Below are positions 18,579 to 27,565 of a DNA stretch of 64,000 nucleotides, piece after piece; the stretch's first letter is position 1; every line of letters begins with the position of its first letter. The stretch is from Candidatus Moraniibacteriota bacterium (lineage in GTDB: Bacteria > Patescibacteriota > Minisyncoccia > Moranbacterales > GCA-2747515), in assembly GCA_040772365.1 (NCBI GenBank), contig JAXGYI010000007.1, positions 5,752-69,751 on the forward strand. The letters are read 5' to 3'. The translations under genes were made by a program, and so were the position numbers. Below the pieces are notes generated by a model. It worked only from the letters and a program-made list of their open reading frames with translations, did not search any database and was not told the DNA's origin.

Positions 18579-20591
18579 ATGGACATGACACTTCTCACAG
18601 ACAGCCTTCTTTTTCTCGTAGTATTAAGCGGTATACTCTTCCTACCCGGCTACATCCTCCTGCGCACCTGTTTTCCCACGCGCGCATTTGCAACGGTAGA
18701 ACGTGTCATTCTTGCCCCAGCGCTCTCATTTATTATAATGACACTTATTTTGATTGTTGCCGATCGCTGTGCTATACCACTTGATCGCATTACCGTCATT
18801 CTCATTACGGCATGCACTACAGCACTTCTGTTCACCATCGGTATCATCATGCGACGCATCAAACCACACATCTACAGAACAAAAGCACGGCAGCAGCATG
18901 ACACAATCTTCTCACGCCTCACACCCCTACACACTGCCATCATCGTCTTACTTATTGTCCTCACCGTCGGTATTAAAGGCTACTACTTGGTCAACACCAT
19001 CTTCCCTACAGCCACCGATCTCGGACACCACCTCTACTGGGTTGCCAAAGCCATTCATGATCACACACTTCCACACTATACCGCGCAAGAAATTATTACT
19101 CATGATACTGGACATTACGGATTTAGCGATCCTGTTGCCATACCAGACTTCATCGTCGGCGAACACGCACTGCTTGCTGCTCTCTTTGTCGTCACAGGAC
19201 TGCCTCTTGTTAGTGTATTTCCATCACTTTTTCTCTTTGTGATCAACATCTTTACCGTACTTCTGCTCTTTGTGCTTGCACGACGCATGTTTGACCGCAC
19301 GCACTACGGCACAGCCATCGCCATCCTCACACTTCTGATTGCCGGACCGCTCTGGGCAATCGGCGGCGCACAAGCAAAATTTGTCAGTGGCGGCGTCATC
19401 GGTAATATCATCGGCAACCTCCTCATCCCCACAACATTCTACTTCCTTCTGCGCGCCCTGCGCGAAAAGCGCACAGCATTTCTCATCCTCGCGATTATAA
19501 GCGGCACAGCACTAGCCTACACGCACCACCTCAGCGCATTCATCTTTGGCTATAGCCTCATTTTTACTATTGCCATCTTTCTCATTCTCAATCCAGTTAC
19601 CCACCGCTATAGCAACATCCTCCGTCTCATGCTTCATCCTGCTGTAATCGCTGTACTCCTCACTGTCACAGCATGGCTCGTCTGGATTCAGCCCCCACCT
19701 TACCTGAACACCGCTACCATTACATCTTCCATTGGCACACCAACCAAATCCACGCGCATTGGCATTCCTGTTGGACAACTACCTACCCTACTTGGTGAAG
19801 CGCGCTTTGCTCTCGGCATTGTCGGTGTTGTTCTCATCGGCGTCACACTACTCCTACGCCGCGTCGCACGCTACCGCAACCTACCGCTTCTACCATCTAC
19901 CTATGCCGGCACCATCCTCCTCGGCTGGAGTACTGCCATCATTGCCATGAGTGTTGTACCGCACCTCCTCCACGTCAATATCCTTTCCGCGCGCATCATC
20001 ACCTATGCTGCATTCCCCCTATCCATCGCCGCCGCCTATGCCATCACGTGGGCAGTTGCCGCCGCACTGCGCGATGATGCCACACTGCGCGTGCCGCGCT
20101 ATGCACTGTCACTGCTACTTGCCGTGTGCATCACCTATCTCTTTGCTTCCGGTATGAAAGACAACGCCAATGCTATGCGCCCCGTACCACGCACCAACAG
20201 CGCCCTGCAAACATTCCACGCCGGCGCCTATGCCGCCGACACCTTTGCTGTGCATGCCGAGCACGGGGACTTCTGGATGCTCAAAGACCACAACTACATC
20301 ACTGCCGACACATGGCTCAAAATTTTCTTTGCCTACGATTATGCTTATCCACTCTCCCGCGCCTACTTCGCGCGCTACGAATCCAACCCCGACCGCGAAA
20401 CGTGTACACTAGACATGATTACCGACCCCGTATCTGACCACGCACGTACCTGCTTTGCCGACCTGCACGTACGCGTTGTCCTCGTTGCCACAGAACAGGA
20501 TGCAGCGCAATTCCTCACTGACCCTGTATTCTCACGCATCTACCACAACAACACCCTTAGCATGTTCATACGCAATACTTATGAAAAATAA
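18579..20591 (+). CDS. Large polytopic membrane protein, putative GT-C-type or YfhO-like glycosyltransferase
   Basis: About 670 aa with 12 or more predicted TM helices plus soluble loops. It lies downstream of the GtrB-like GT2 and the GT4. The ORF track start at 18000 overlaps the GT4 gene in another frame and is rejected. The start is the ATG at 18579 (MDMTLLTDSLLFLVV). Confidence 0.5.
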   Translation: MDMTLLTDSLLFLVVLSGILFLPGYILLRTCFPTRAFATVERVILAPALSFIIMTLILIVADRCAIPLDRITVILITACTTALLFTIGIIMRRIKPHIYRTKARQQHDTIFSRLTPLHTAIIVLLIVLTVGIKGYYLVNTIFPTATDLGHHLYWVAKAIHDHTLPHYTAQEIITHDTGHYGFSDPVAIPDFIVGEHALLAALFVVTGLPLVSVFPSLFLFVINIFTVLLLFVLARRMFDRTHYGTAIAILTLLIAGPLWAIGGAQAKFVSGGVIGNIIGNLLIPTTFYFLLRALREKRTAFLILAIISGTALAYTHHLSAFIFGYSLIFTIAIFLILNPVTHRYSNILRLMLHPAVIAVLLTVTAWLVWIQPPPYLNTATITSSIGTPTKSTRIGIPVGQLPTLLGEARFALGIVGVVLIGVTLLLRRVARYRNLPLLPSTYAGTILLGWSTAIIAMSVVPHLLHVNILSARIITYAAFPLSIAAAYAITWAVAAALRDDATLRVPRYALSLLLAVCITYLFASGMKDNANAMRPVPRTNSALQTFHAGAYAADTFAVHAEHGDFWMLKDHNYITADTWLKIFFAYDYAYPLSRAYFARYESNPDRETCTLDMITDPVSDHARTCFADLHVRVVLVATEQDAAQFLTDPVFSRIYHNNTLSMFIRNTYEK

Positions 20592-20922
20592 TACAATCAT
20601 CATCACGGCAATTTTTGGCAGCATCATCCTCAGTGTCTTCATGCTTTCCTACGTAGAAAATCGCCAGGTGCGCAACGGCGAAAACTTCTGGAGTGTCGCT
20701 TTTGTTGATCCGTTGGGCGCCACCAACAACATCGCAATTGACAATCGCACCCGCACCGACACCGTCTTTCACTACACCATCCGCGACGCCGCCGGCGCTA
20801 TACTCATGGAATCAGACATCACCATCCCCACCCGCACAACACAAACCGTCGCCATCCCCCATCCCGCACCACTCACCGTTACTGTCACTGCGGACGATAC
20901 AACGCTTACCGTAGAAAAATAA
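20581..20922 (+). CDS. Hypothetical small exported protein (signal/TM segment then beta-rich)
   Basis: Its start MKNNTIIITAIFGSIILSVFMLSY overlaps the upstream stop as ATGAAAAATAA. No family recognised. Confidence 0.4.
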   Translation: MKNNTIIITAIFGSIILSVFMLSYVENRQVRNGENFWSVAFVDPLGATNNIAIDNRTRTDTVFHYTIRDAAGAILMESDITIPTRTTQTVAIPHPAPLTVTVTADDTTLTVEK

Positions 20923-20952
20923 AAAACCGTAACACACTAGTGTATGTTACGG
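20918..20952 (-). terminator. Rho-independent terminator (minus strand) after ORF 20980..21282
   Basis: Stem CCGTAACA...TGTTACGG around a palindromic loop CACTAGTG. On the minus strand it is followed by TTTTTTATTTTTC. Confidence 0.5.
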
Positions 20953-20979
20953 CTTCTGTGAAAAAGCGGTCTTTCTACT

Positions 20980-21282
20980 CTACTTCATCAACCACTCCTT
21001 CACATCTTCCACCATCGCCCGCCGTTTACTGCGGCGATGGTTTTGTTGCACCTCTTTTATGATGCTGGAGGTGTAGTTAATGACCCCCCCAGCAATGGAA
21101 TTGCGTGCTTGATTTTCACGTTCAGTATGCCAACGCGCAACAGAACAACGTTGCCACTCGCCCAGAAAAAGAGCAAGGAGACTCATGCCTCCAAAGAGCA
21201 CAACGCCGACGAGGCATACCAGGGCATACTCAAAAAATTTTGCCATGATAATTGTTTCCATGTCCACCATAGCACCCTCCAC
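20980..21282 (-). CDS. Hypothetical small membrane protein
   Basis: 100-aa ORF with one TM segment (YALVCLVGVVLFGGMSLLALFLG) and a downstream terminator. The start may be an internal Met. Confidence 0.35.
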   Translation of the reverse strand: MEGAMVDMETIIMAKFFEYALVCLVGVVLFGGMSLLALFLGEWQRCSVARWHTERENQARNSIAGGVINYTSSIIKEVQQNHRRSKRRAMVEDVKEWLMK

Positions 21283-21415
21283 AAAGTTGCAAAAATCCCC
21301 TCCCTCCGGGAATTTTTTAGTTTTGTTAAATCAACGACGAATTTGTATTATATCATCTTTTTACAAAAAAGTCAATAGTTCATTTTCCGCATCAATATGC
21401 GCTTTTTTCACTTTT

Positions 21416-21448
21416 CCAAAAAAAATGCACTGCGGATAATGCAGTGCA
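21416..21448 (-). terminator. Rho-independent terminator (minus strand) after the 37-aa peptide gene
   Basis: Perfect 8-bp stem TGCACTGC/GCAGTGCA with loop GGATAAT. On the minus strand it is followed by an 8-T run. Confidence 0.65.
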
Positions 21449-21461
21449 ACTTCATCATTTT

Positions 21462-21575
21462 TCATATGGAGCTAACACTCATCCAGATGATCGCTCCAAA
21501 TAGGAAGAGTGTGATTACCATAGCAGAAACTCCAATCATGGCTTTTTCCCATAGAGAAAATGGATATTTTTTCAT
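21462..21575 (-). CDS. Small hydrophobic peptide (37 aa, single TM)
   Basis: MKKYPFSLWEKAMIGVSAMVITLFLFGAIIWMSVSSI. A GGAGGA SD lies 5 nt upstream of the ATG, a TGA stop is present, and a strong terminator follows. It is divergent from the GT4 gene that starts at 21646. Confidence 0.55.
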   Translation of the reverse strand: MKKYPFSLWEKAMIGVSAMVITLFLFGAIIWMSVSSI

Positions 21576-21645
21576 GGTGTCCTCCTCGCCCAATGGGTTA
21601 GTATATGATAGGATGCTAATGAACAATGTTTTCAGTATATCCACT

Positions 21646-22767
21646 ATGTCTACAAAACACAAGATTCTCTTTGTCACGCGACCCCTTGCACCGCCGTGGG
21701 ATGAGGCGAGTAAAAACTTTGCATATGATTTGGCGGTGCATGCTACTGCCGGCGACATCACCATTCTCACAAACGCGCCTGTGCCCGGACTGCCGTCACA
21801 CATCACACAAAAGCGCATCTACACTGCCAACCGTTTTTCCCTGTGGCAAAAAATACGTCTTGTGTGGTGGCTCACACGTCACGCTAAACACTACGACATC
21901 GCTCACCTCTTGTTCACGCCCACCCCATTCAATAGTGCTATTTTGCGATGTATCCTGCATCGCGCCCGCCTCACCGTCGTGCAAACTATCGCCACCGTAC
22001 GCGACGATCTGTACACACCCCGCCAACTGCGCGCACTGTTTTTCGGCGATGCGTTAGTCGTCTATTCGCAGTGGGGCGCAAACAAGCTCCGCGCACTAGA
22101 ATTCACAAACGTGCACCACATCTATCCGGGCATTGACACAGCCCGCTTCCGCCCCGCACCAAAAGACCCACTCCTGCTCCAAAAGTGGAATATTGCGCCC
22201 GATGCCACTGTCGTTACATATCCGGGAGAATTTGTGCGCTTGGGCGCCACAGATATGATCATTGACGCCTTTGCACAGATTTGGCGCAATGGCGCTAACC
22301 GCGAGATCATCTATCTGTGCGCATGCCGTATCAAAAATGCCGCTGACGCGGCAAAAAAGCGCGACGTCATGGAACGCCTTACGCAATTGGGCATTGCCGA
22401 CCGCGTGCGCTTCACCGACACCTACAACAACATGAATGCCGTGTATAATCTCTCTGACATTATTATCTTTCCCGTCGCTGACATGCGCGGAAAATTTGAC
22501 GTACCGTTGGCAATGGTAGAGCCCTACCTATGTGAAAAGCCAGTCATTGCATCTCATCTTCCACAGCTAGCGGAGTTTTCAAGCCCCGCAATTAATGTTA
22601 TACTTCCCACATTAAGTGCCAATGCGTTGGCTGGTGCTATTGTGCGCCTTGCACATGACCCCGCCGCACGTGCACACCTCGGCAAAAACGCCTCCACATT
22701 TGCCCGTTCTACATTTACTATCCCCATGATTGCCCACGCCTATGAAGACCTCTACAACAAATTTTAG
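21646..22767 (+). CDS. GT4 family glycosyltransferase
   Basis: MSTKHKILFVTRPLAPPWDEASKNFAYDLA... matches a GT-B N-domain, and the C-domain carries an EX7E-like region. The ORF track start at 21397 is rejected because it overlaps the antisense peptide gene and its terminator. Confidence 0.65.
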   Translation: MSTKHKILFVTRPLAPPWDEASKNFAYDLAVHATAGDITILTNAPVPGLPSHITQKRIYTANRFSLWQKIRLVWWLTRHAKHYDIAHLLFTPTPFNSAILRCILHRARLTVVQTIATVRDDLYTPRQLRALFFGDALVVYSQWGANKLRALEFTNVHHIYPGIDTARFRPAPKDPLLLQKWNIAPDATVVTYPGEFVRLGATDMIIDAFAQIWRNGANREIIYLCACRIKNAADAAKKRDVMERLTQLGIADRVRFTDTYNNMNAVYNLSDIIIFPVADMRGKFDVPLAMVEPYLCEKPVIASHLPQLAEFSSPAINVILPTLSANALAGAIVRLAHDPAARAHLGKNASTFARSTFTIPMIAHAYEDLYNKF

Positions 22768-24262
22768 CGCACACATCACCGAACAATCGCCGCACCGCTT
22801 CACTTTCAAAACACCGGGAATGGACGTGCCGGCAACATTTTTCATGAGTCGCGATTTGTTACCAGATGCGGAGACATTTGCCAAAGTGGAAGACATCGCG
22901 TCTAATAAAGACACGTTATTCCGCTATACCGTCGCCATGCCCGATGTCAGCTCCAAGCCAGGACGTAAAAACGCTTCCGGAACAACAATTGTGTCCGAAA
23001 AATACATTCTCCCACAGGTGAACGATTCCGACCCCAACTGTGGCATGCGCCTTGTTGCTACATCATTGAGTGACGCCAATACTACCCCCGAAGAATTAGA
23101 CCGCCTGTTCCAAGAACTCACCACCGTCGTGCCTACTAAAAAATTCATCGGCACTTATGCGCCGTTTCGCACAATCGTAGACATTTGCCGTCGTGGCACC
23201 ATTGCCGCCATAGAACACTTTGGTATTACCACTGCCGATGAGCTGCGCAATACACAGAGCGGCGGTAATTTCTTTGATCGCGAAATGACGCGGCAAGACA
23301 TCTTTGATGCCATCCCCCGCCTATACATGCATTTTGCACAACTGCGGCTGGGCGTAATCGGCGCAGCTGGCAATCACTTCCTGGATCTCATGAAAGTCAC
23401 CGACATCGTCGATCACGAAAAGGCTAAGTTGCTGGGCATCACAAAGGGGCAGTATTTGTTCATGATCCACACGGGATCCGGCATCTTGGGACAATACACC
23501 ATGTACACGCATACAGCGAAAAAACCCGAACACCTCTCACAGGCACTGATGGTGGCACTGGGGCGACTGACATTTCGCACTACTAAAAAGGCCGTCTACA
23601 AAAAAATGCAAGAGAAAATTACGCGCCACATGCACGATGATCATCGCTTGCTAACCTATGATGGCGACGGCCCCGATGGCGAGCTCTATATGCGCGCCCG
23701 CGCAGCAGCGTCCAATTTCGGCACAGCAAACCGCGCCGTCATCACGCACAACATTGCCACTACTGTACGCAACGTCCTCAAACGTAATGCACAAATGCGC
23801 CTTATCTACGACATGCCGCATATCTCCATCACGCGCGAACACCACTTTGGTGCAGATGTGTGGGTACATCGATCCAACACATCACGTGCATTTGGTCCGT
23901 CACAGATGCAGCACCACCCCATCTTTGCCAAAACAGGTGAGCCGGCATTTATCCCCTCATCCATGAGCACTGATGCATACATCTGTGTCGGCACAGACCA
24001 CAATCACGATAGTTTCTTTTCCGCACCGCACGGCACTGGTAAAGGTATTAACACCGATGAGCAGTCCATAACTACGAAAGAGGAGCTCTTTGCAAAGATG
24101 AAAGAAAAAGGTGTTGCACTACACAACGCCAAGTCATCTATCGTCATCAATCAAGATTCCGCTCGCTATAAGAATATCGCGCGCGTCATTGAAGGTGTGG
24201 AAGCTAATAGCATCGCACACGTCGTCGCGACCATGCGCCCCGTGCATGTAATCATGTATTAA
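22730..24262 (+). CDS. rtcB: RtcB-family RNA 3'-phosphate ligase homolog
   Basis: Three RtcB signature blocks: FRYTVAMPDVSSKPG (compare hIAVMPDVHlGkG), DPNCGMRL (compare DiGCGM) and IGAAGNHFLDLM with MIHTGSGILG (compare GTGNHFiEi and HSGSRGiG). The C-terminal FSAPHGTGKG retains the His of the HGAGR motif. The start is ambiguous (22730, 22742 or 22820) and overlaps the GT4 stop. Confidence 0.65.
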   Translation: MPTPMKTSTTNFSAHITEQSPHRFTFKTPGMDVPATFFMSRDLLPDAETFAKVEDIASNKDTLFRYTVAMPDVSSKPGRKNASGTTIVSEKYILPQVNDSDPNCGMRLVATSLSDANTTPEELDRLFQELTTVVPTKKFIGTYAPFRTIVDICRRGTIAAIEHFGITTADELRNTQSGGNFFDREMTRQDIFDAIPRLYMHFAQLRLGVIGAAGNHFLDLMKVTDIVDHEKAKLLGITKGQYLFMIHTGSGILGQYTMYTHTAKKPEHLSQALMVALGRLTFRTTKKAVYKKMQEKITRHMHDDHRLLTYDGDGPDGELYMRARAAASNFGTANRAVITHNIATTVRNVLKRNAQMRLIYDMPHISITREHHFGADVWVHRSNTSRAFGPSQMQHHPIFAKTGEPAFIPSSMSTDAYICVGTDHNHDSFFSAPHGTGKGINTDEQSITTKEELFAKMKEKGVALHNAKSSIVINQDSARYKNIARVIEGVEANSIAHVVATMRPVHVIMY

Positions 24263-24292
24263 CATAGTAATTTTCTTAGTACCACGGACCCT

Positions 24293-24604
24293 ATGAACGT
24301 CGTCACACTCAAAGAATACATCATTACCACATTGCATCTGAATGATCTAGATCAGCCTCGTAAGGATAAAATCGCCCAAGACCTCGTCATGCTAGCAACA
24401 GAGAAAACGTTTGATGACCTATTAGAAAATATGAGCAGTGCAGATTTGGACAGTCTGCAACAATATGCCGATGTGCAATCAGATCATCTTCCTGCAATGC
24501 TACAGGAAACTGACAAGCATCTTCAGCAATTCTCTCTTATCTTTAACAAACACCTTCATGAACTCCTTCGAAAATCCCAAGCAGTAGCCGGAGCATCACA
24601 GTGA
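24293..24604 (+). CDS. Hypothetical protein (103 aa)
   Basis: ORF only. It ends at a TGA immediately before an A7 homopolymer. Confidence 0.3.
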   Translation: MNVVTLKEYIITTLHLNDLDQPRKDKIAQDLVMLATEKTFDDLLENMSSADLDSLQQYADVQSDHLPAMLQETDKHLQQFSLIFNKHLHELLRKSQAVAGASQ

Positions 24605-24638
24605 AAAAAATCATACGCCAGAGACAGACAGTGCCGCC

Positions 24639-24887
24639 GTGCGTGAAAAAACTCCTGCAGAAAATCGAGCTGCACATGTTGAAAACATCCTTACTGCGGA
24701 ATTAGATCAATATCACGATGCACGAGAAGATGTAAAACTTGGAGATGTGCAGGACTGTCGTGTATTTTTAGAAGTCATTGGAAGTGATAGTGTGGGAAAT
24801 CTCGCAGAAACGCTGGTGAATCTGCCTATGCATGAAACACCGAAAGAACAGCTTTATAAGGAGTCGTGGGCCCAAAGAGCACAATAG
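24639..24887 (+). CDS. Hypothetical protein (82 aa). It may be the 3' part of the same gene as 24293..24604 if the A7 run carries a frameshift.
   Basis: Adjacent ORF in a different frame. Its frame is open back to 24588, so it overlaps the end of the previous ORF. Confidence 0.3.
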   Translation: MREKTPAENRAAHVENILTAELDQYHDAREDVKLGDVQDCRVFLEVIGSDSVGNLAETLVNLPMHETPKEQLYKESWAQRAQ

Positions 24888-24913
24888 CTCACCGTACTAC
24901 GGCATTATGATTC

Positions 24914-26065
24914 ATGGAACTTTTTAAGAAAAGTAACAAAGAGTATATGCAATCTTTTGAGCACCAAATCCTGCAAAAAAAGAATGAGGAAGAAAATGTA
25001 CCACCTGCTGAACAAGAACGCCACCTGCCGGAAGATGCCGTAGAACAACATCGCGTTGAAGAGCACGCGAAGAGGATTGACGAATTTCTTGCCCAAGAAA
25101 AAATCACACGTGACGAACGCGCACAAGAAACCACACTGCACAAAGTCATCGGACGTAGAGTTATAGCAGCTGCGGCAGCTGGTCTTTTTCTCTTTGGCGC
25201 AGCAGAACGTACACATGGTGCACAAGAACCGCACCCCGCTACTACAGTACAAAAAGAATGGACGACACATGACGATGAGCAGGACACTCTCAGGCCTCTC
25301 AAAGAAGTGTTACCAGAGCCACCAACACTACGCAGTGAATTGGCGCAGATAGCAAAGGACCTTGAAAATCTCAAAAATGACGAACACCGCAACCCTCTTG
25401 AGGACATGCTCTCCGTGTCTCTGCCAGCAGACATCTCTTTCACATTGACAGTGGATCAGATAGAAGTATTATCTGCACAGATCACAGATGCGCGCGTCAA
25501 AGCAGCTCATCAATTGTTTAATCCCAGCGGCACCACAGAACACCCCGAAAAAGCATATCGTCGTACCACCACCGAATCTGCAGAAAAAACACCAGTAATA
25601 CCACCCGTCGAAGAACGTATTGCTGATATCAAAAGTACATTGCGCGAGCAGATCCATAGCCTCCTCCCTGAAAAAACCATACGTGCTGTATCGCCCAAGT
25701 CTCTCGCAGATTTTCTAGAAGATATGTCAGATATTGAAGATATGTCAGATATTGCAGAAGAACTCTCCCACTACGACTGGAACCGTCAATACCCCTTAGA
25801 AAAGGAGCAGCGGGGCTCCATTGTTGCAAGCATTGGAACATTGCCGTACAATCTCGATACCGCACCACAGGAAACTTACGACGCCACTTCTAATATAGGC
25901 TCAGACGAAGCAGGAACTCTTCTTGGTATACATATCTCTGGCGACCTTAATAATCTTCCTTCGGATGCACTCAGTGAGGCATTCAATAAAGAAATAAATC
26001 TTATTAAGAAAAATCCCCTAGGAAAAGTCGCTGCTGAGTTACTAGGCTGGACAATCACACGCTAG
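24914..26065 (+). CDS. Hypothetical acidic membrane-anchored protein with a short tandem repeat
   Basis: 383 aa, Glu/Asp-rich, with one TM segment (VIAAAAAGLFLFGAA). An exact 18-nt tandem duplication at about 25719-25754 encodes EDMSDIEDMSDI. Confidence 0.45.
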   Translation: MELFKKSNKEYMQSFEHQILQKKNEEENVPPAEQERHLPEDAVEQHRVEEHAKRIDEFLAQEKITRDERAQETTLHKVIGRRVIAAAAAGLFLFGAAERTHGAQEPHPATTVQKEWTTHDDEQDTLRPLKEVLPEPPTLRSELAQIAKDLENLKNDEHRNPLEDMLSVSLPADISFTLTVDQIEVLSAQITDARVKAAHQLFNPSGTTEHPEKAYRRTTTESAEKTPVIPPVEERIADIKSTLREQIHSLLPEKTIRAVSPKSLADFLEDMSDIEDMSDIAEELSHYDWNRQYPLEKEQRGSIVASIGTLPYNLDTAPQETYDATSNIGSDEAGTLLGIHISGDLNNLPSDALSEAFNKEINLIKKNPLGKVAAELLGWTITR

Positions 26066-26112
26066 TATAATCACGGCATACACTATCCATAGTTGCGGTG
26101 TGTACATTTTTT

Positions 26113-27180
26113 CTATGGTTTTTGTGCACATGCCAATGTTAATAATTTTATCATCAAACGTTTTTGTGACAGTCCGCTTGCTTCCCAGAGTTTTGGGTAC
26201 ATGCTGATTGCCGTGAAGCCGGGAATCGTGTTGATCTCGTTGACATAAATCTCATTTTTTATCGTCACAAAAAAATCCACGCGCGCCATACCGTCGCAGC
26301 ATAGTGTTTCCATGACTTTTGCTGCCATCGTTTGCACAGCACGCGCTGTACTAACGGGAATACGCGCCGGAATTGCCATTGTAGCTCCATGGTCATCATT
26401 GTACTTTGCATCGTAGGAGTAAAAATCATGCGTAGGCACAATTTCACCCGGCACTGATACGGTAAGTGCACTACTACTGCCAAGCACTGCACACTCAACC
26501 TCCTTACCATCGATATACTGCTCTACGAGAATCTTCTCATCGTGACGAAATGCATCTGCTAGCGCCGCCGCAAACTCACCCTGCTTGGCTACCTTGTGCA
26601 CACCAACTGATGATCCAGCGTTTGCCGGTTTTACAAAAAACGGCACGCCAAGCGCACGCGCAACACGCCCATAGGTGATTGTTTTTTTCTCTGCACGCGT
26701 AAATACCAAAAAATCTGCAATCGGTAGGTCTGCATCGCGAAGAAGACGCTTTGCCACATCCTTATCCATGCCCACCGCCGATCCCAAGACACTAGGGCCG
26801 ACGCACGGCACGCCGTACATCTGACACAGCCCTTGCAACGATCCATCCTCGCCGTTGCGTCCATGCAGCACAGGAAACACGGCACTAATTTTTGTAGTGC
26901 GATCACCTTTGCGCAACACACATACACTTTTTTCATAGTCCACCACCACATGCGCCCGCCCGTCATGTACATCAATCGCGCCACGCTGTAAATCACGTCG
27001 TCGCCCCTCCCACCAATGCCCATCACGATCAATCGCCACCAAAACAACGCGATACTTTTTCTCATCAATCGCCGCTACAACATTTTTTGCCGACATGAGT
27101 GATATGTCATGCTCCGATGATTTACCACCATAGAGCACTGCTATGGTGATTTTTTTTGTCCGGCGCGCACGTTTTTTCAT
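26113..27180 (-). CDS. ddl: D-alanine--D-alanine ligase
   Basis: KITIAVLYGGKSSEHDISLMSAKNV N-domain and an ATP-grasp body (YDAKYND ... NEINTIPGFT). Confidence 0.85.
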   Translation of the reverse strand: MKKRARRTKKITIAVLYGGKSSEHDISLMSAKNVVAAIDEKKYRVVLVAIDRDGHWWEGRRRDLQRGAIDVHDGRAHVVVDYEKSVCVLRKGDRTTKISAVFPVLHGRNGEDGSLQGLCQMYGVPCVGPSVLGSAVGMDKDVAKRLLRDADLPIADFLVFTRAEKKTITYGRVARALGVPFFVKPANAGSSVGVHKVAKQGEFAAALADAFRHDEKILVEQYIDGKEVECAVLGSSSALTVSVPGEIVPTHDFYSYDAKYNDDHGATMAIPARIPVSTARAVQTMAAKVMETLCCDGMARVDFFVTIKNEIYVNEINTIPGFTAISMYPKLWEASGLSQKRLMIKLLTLACAQKP

Positions 27181-27565
27181 AGAAGATATCCATTACCGTA
27201 TAACAATTACCTCCTCCATCTTTCAGTGTACAGTATCCCCACTTTTTAGGGAAATAGACCAACATTTCCCTACGCAAAAAATTACGCGTCACATACATTT
27301 ATTTTCCAGTATACCCACGACCAAATGACACCCATATCCCCAACGCCATGGTGTTGCAATATATGGCACACCAAAGGCGCGTATGACGACATATGAGACA
27401 TTGCCGATGACGACACCATTCATCCGATTGATGATACACAAACGGAACTGCTGATCTACACGCCGCCGATCTGCAGACGATCCGCCGTTCCAGTATACAT
27501 AATCACCATCATAGTACTAACAGTAATTATAACTTTTTTTTATCTGCATACAATCATCGGCTATG

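Noticed and set aside
21397-21645. Upstream extension of the GT4 ORF (MRFFHFSKKN...)
   Set aside because: It overlaps the antisense 37-aa peptide gene and its terminator. The conserved GT4 N-terminus starts at MSTKHKILFV (21646).
24889-25443. 184-aa Cys/Ser/Arg-rich ORF on the minus strand
   Set aside because: It lies entirely antisense within the better-supported acidic protein gene 24914..26065 and has shadow-ORF composition with no start signals.
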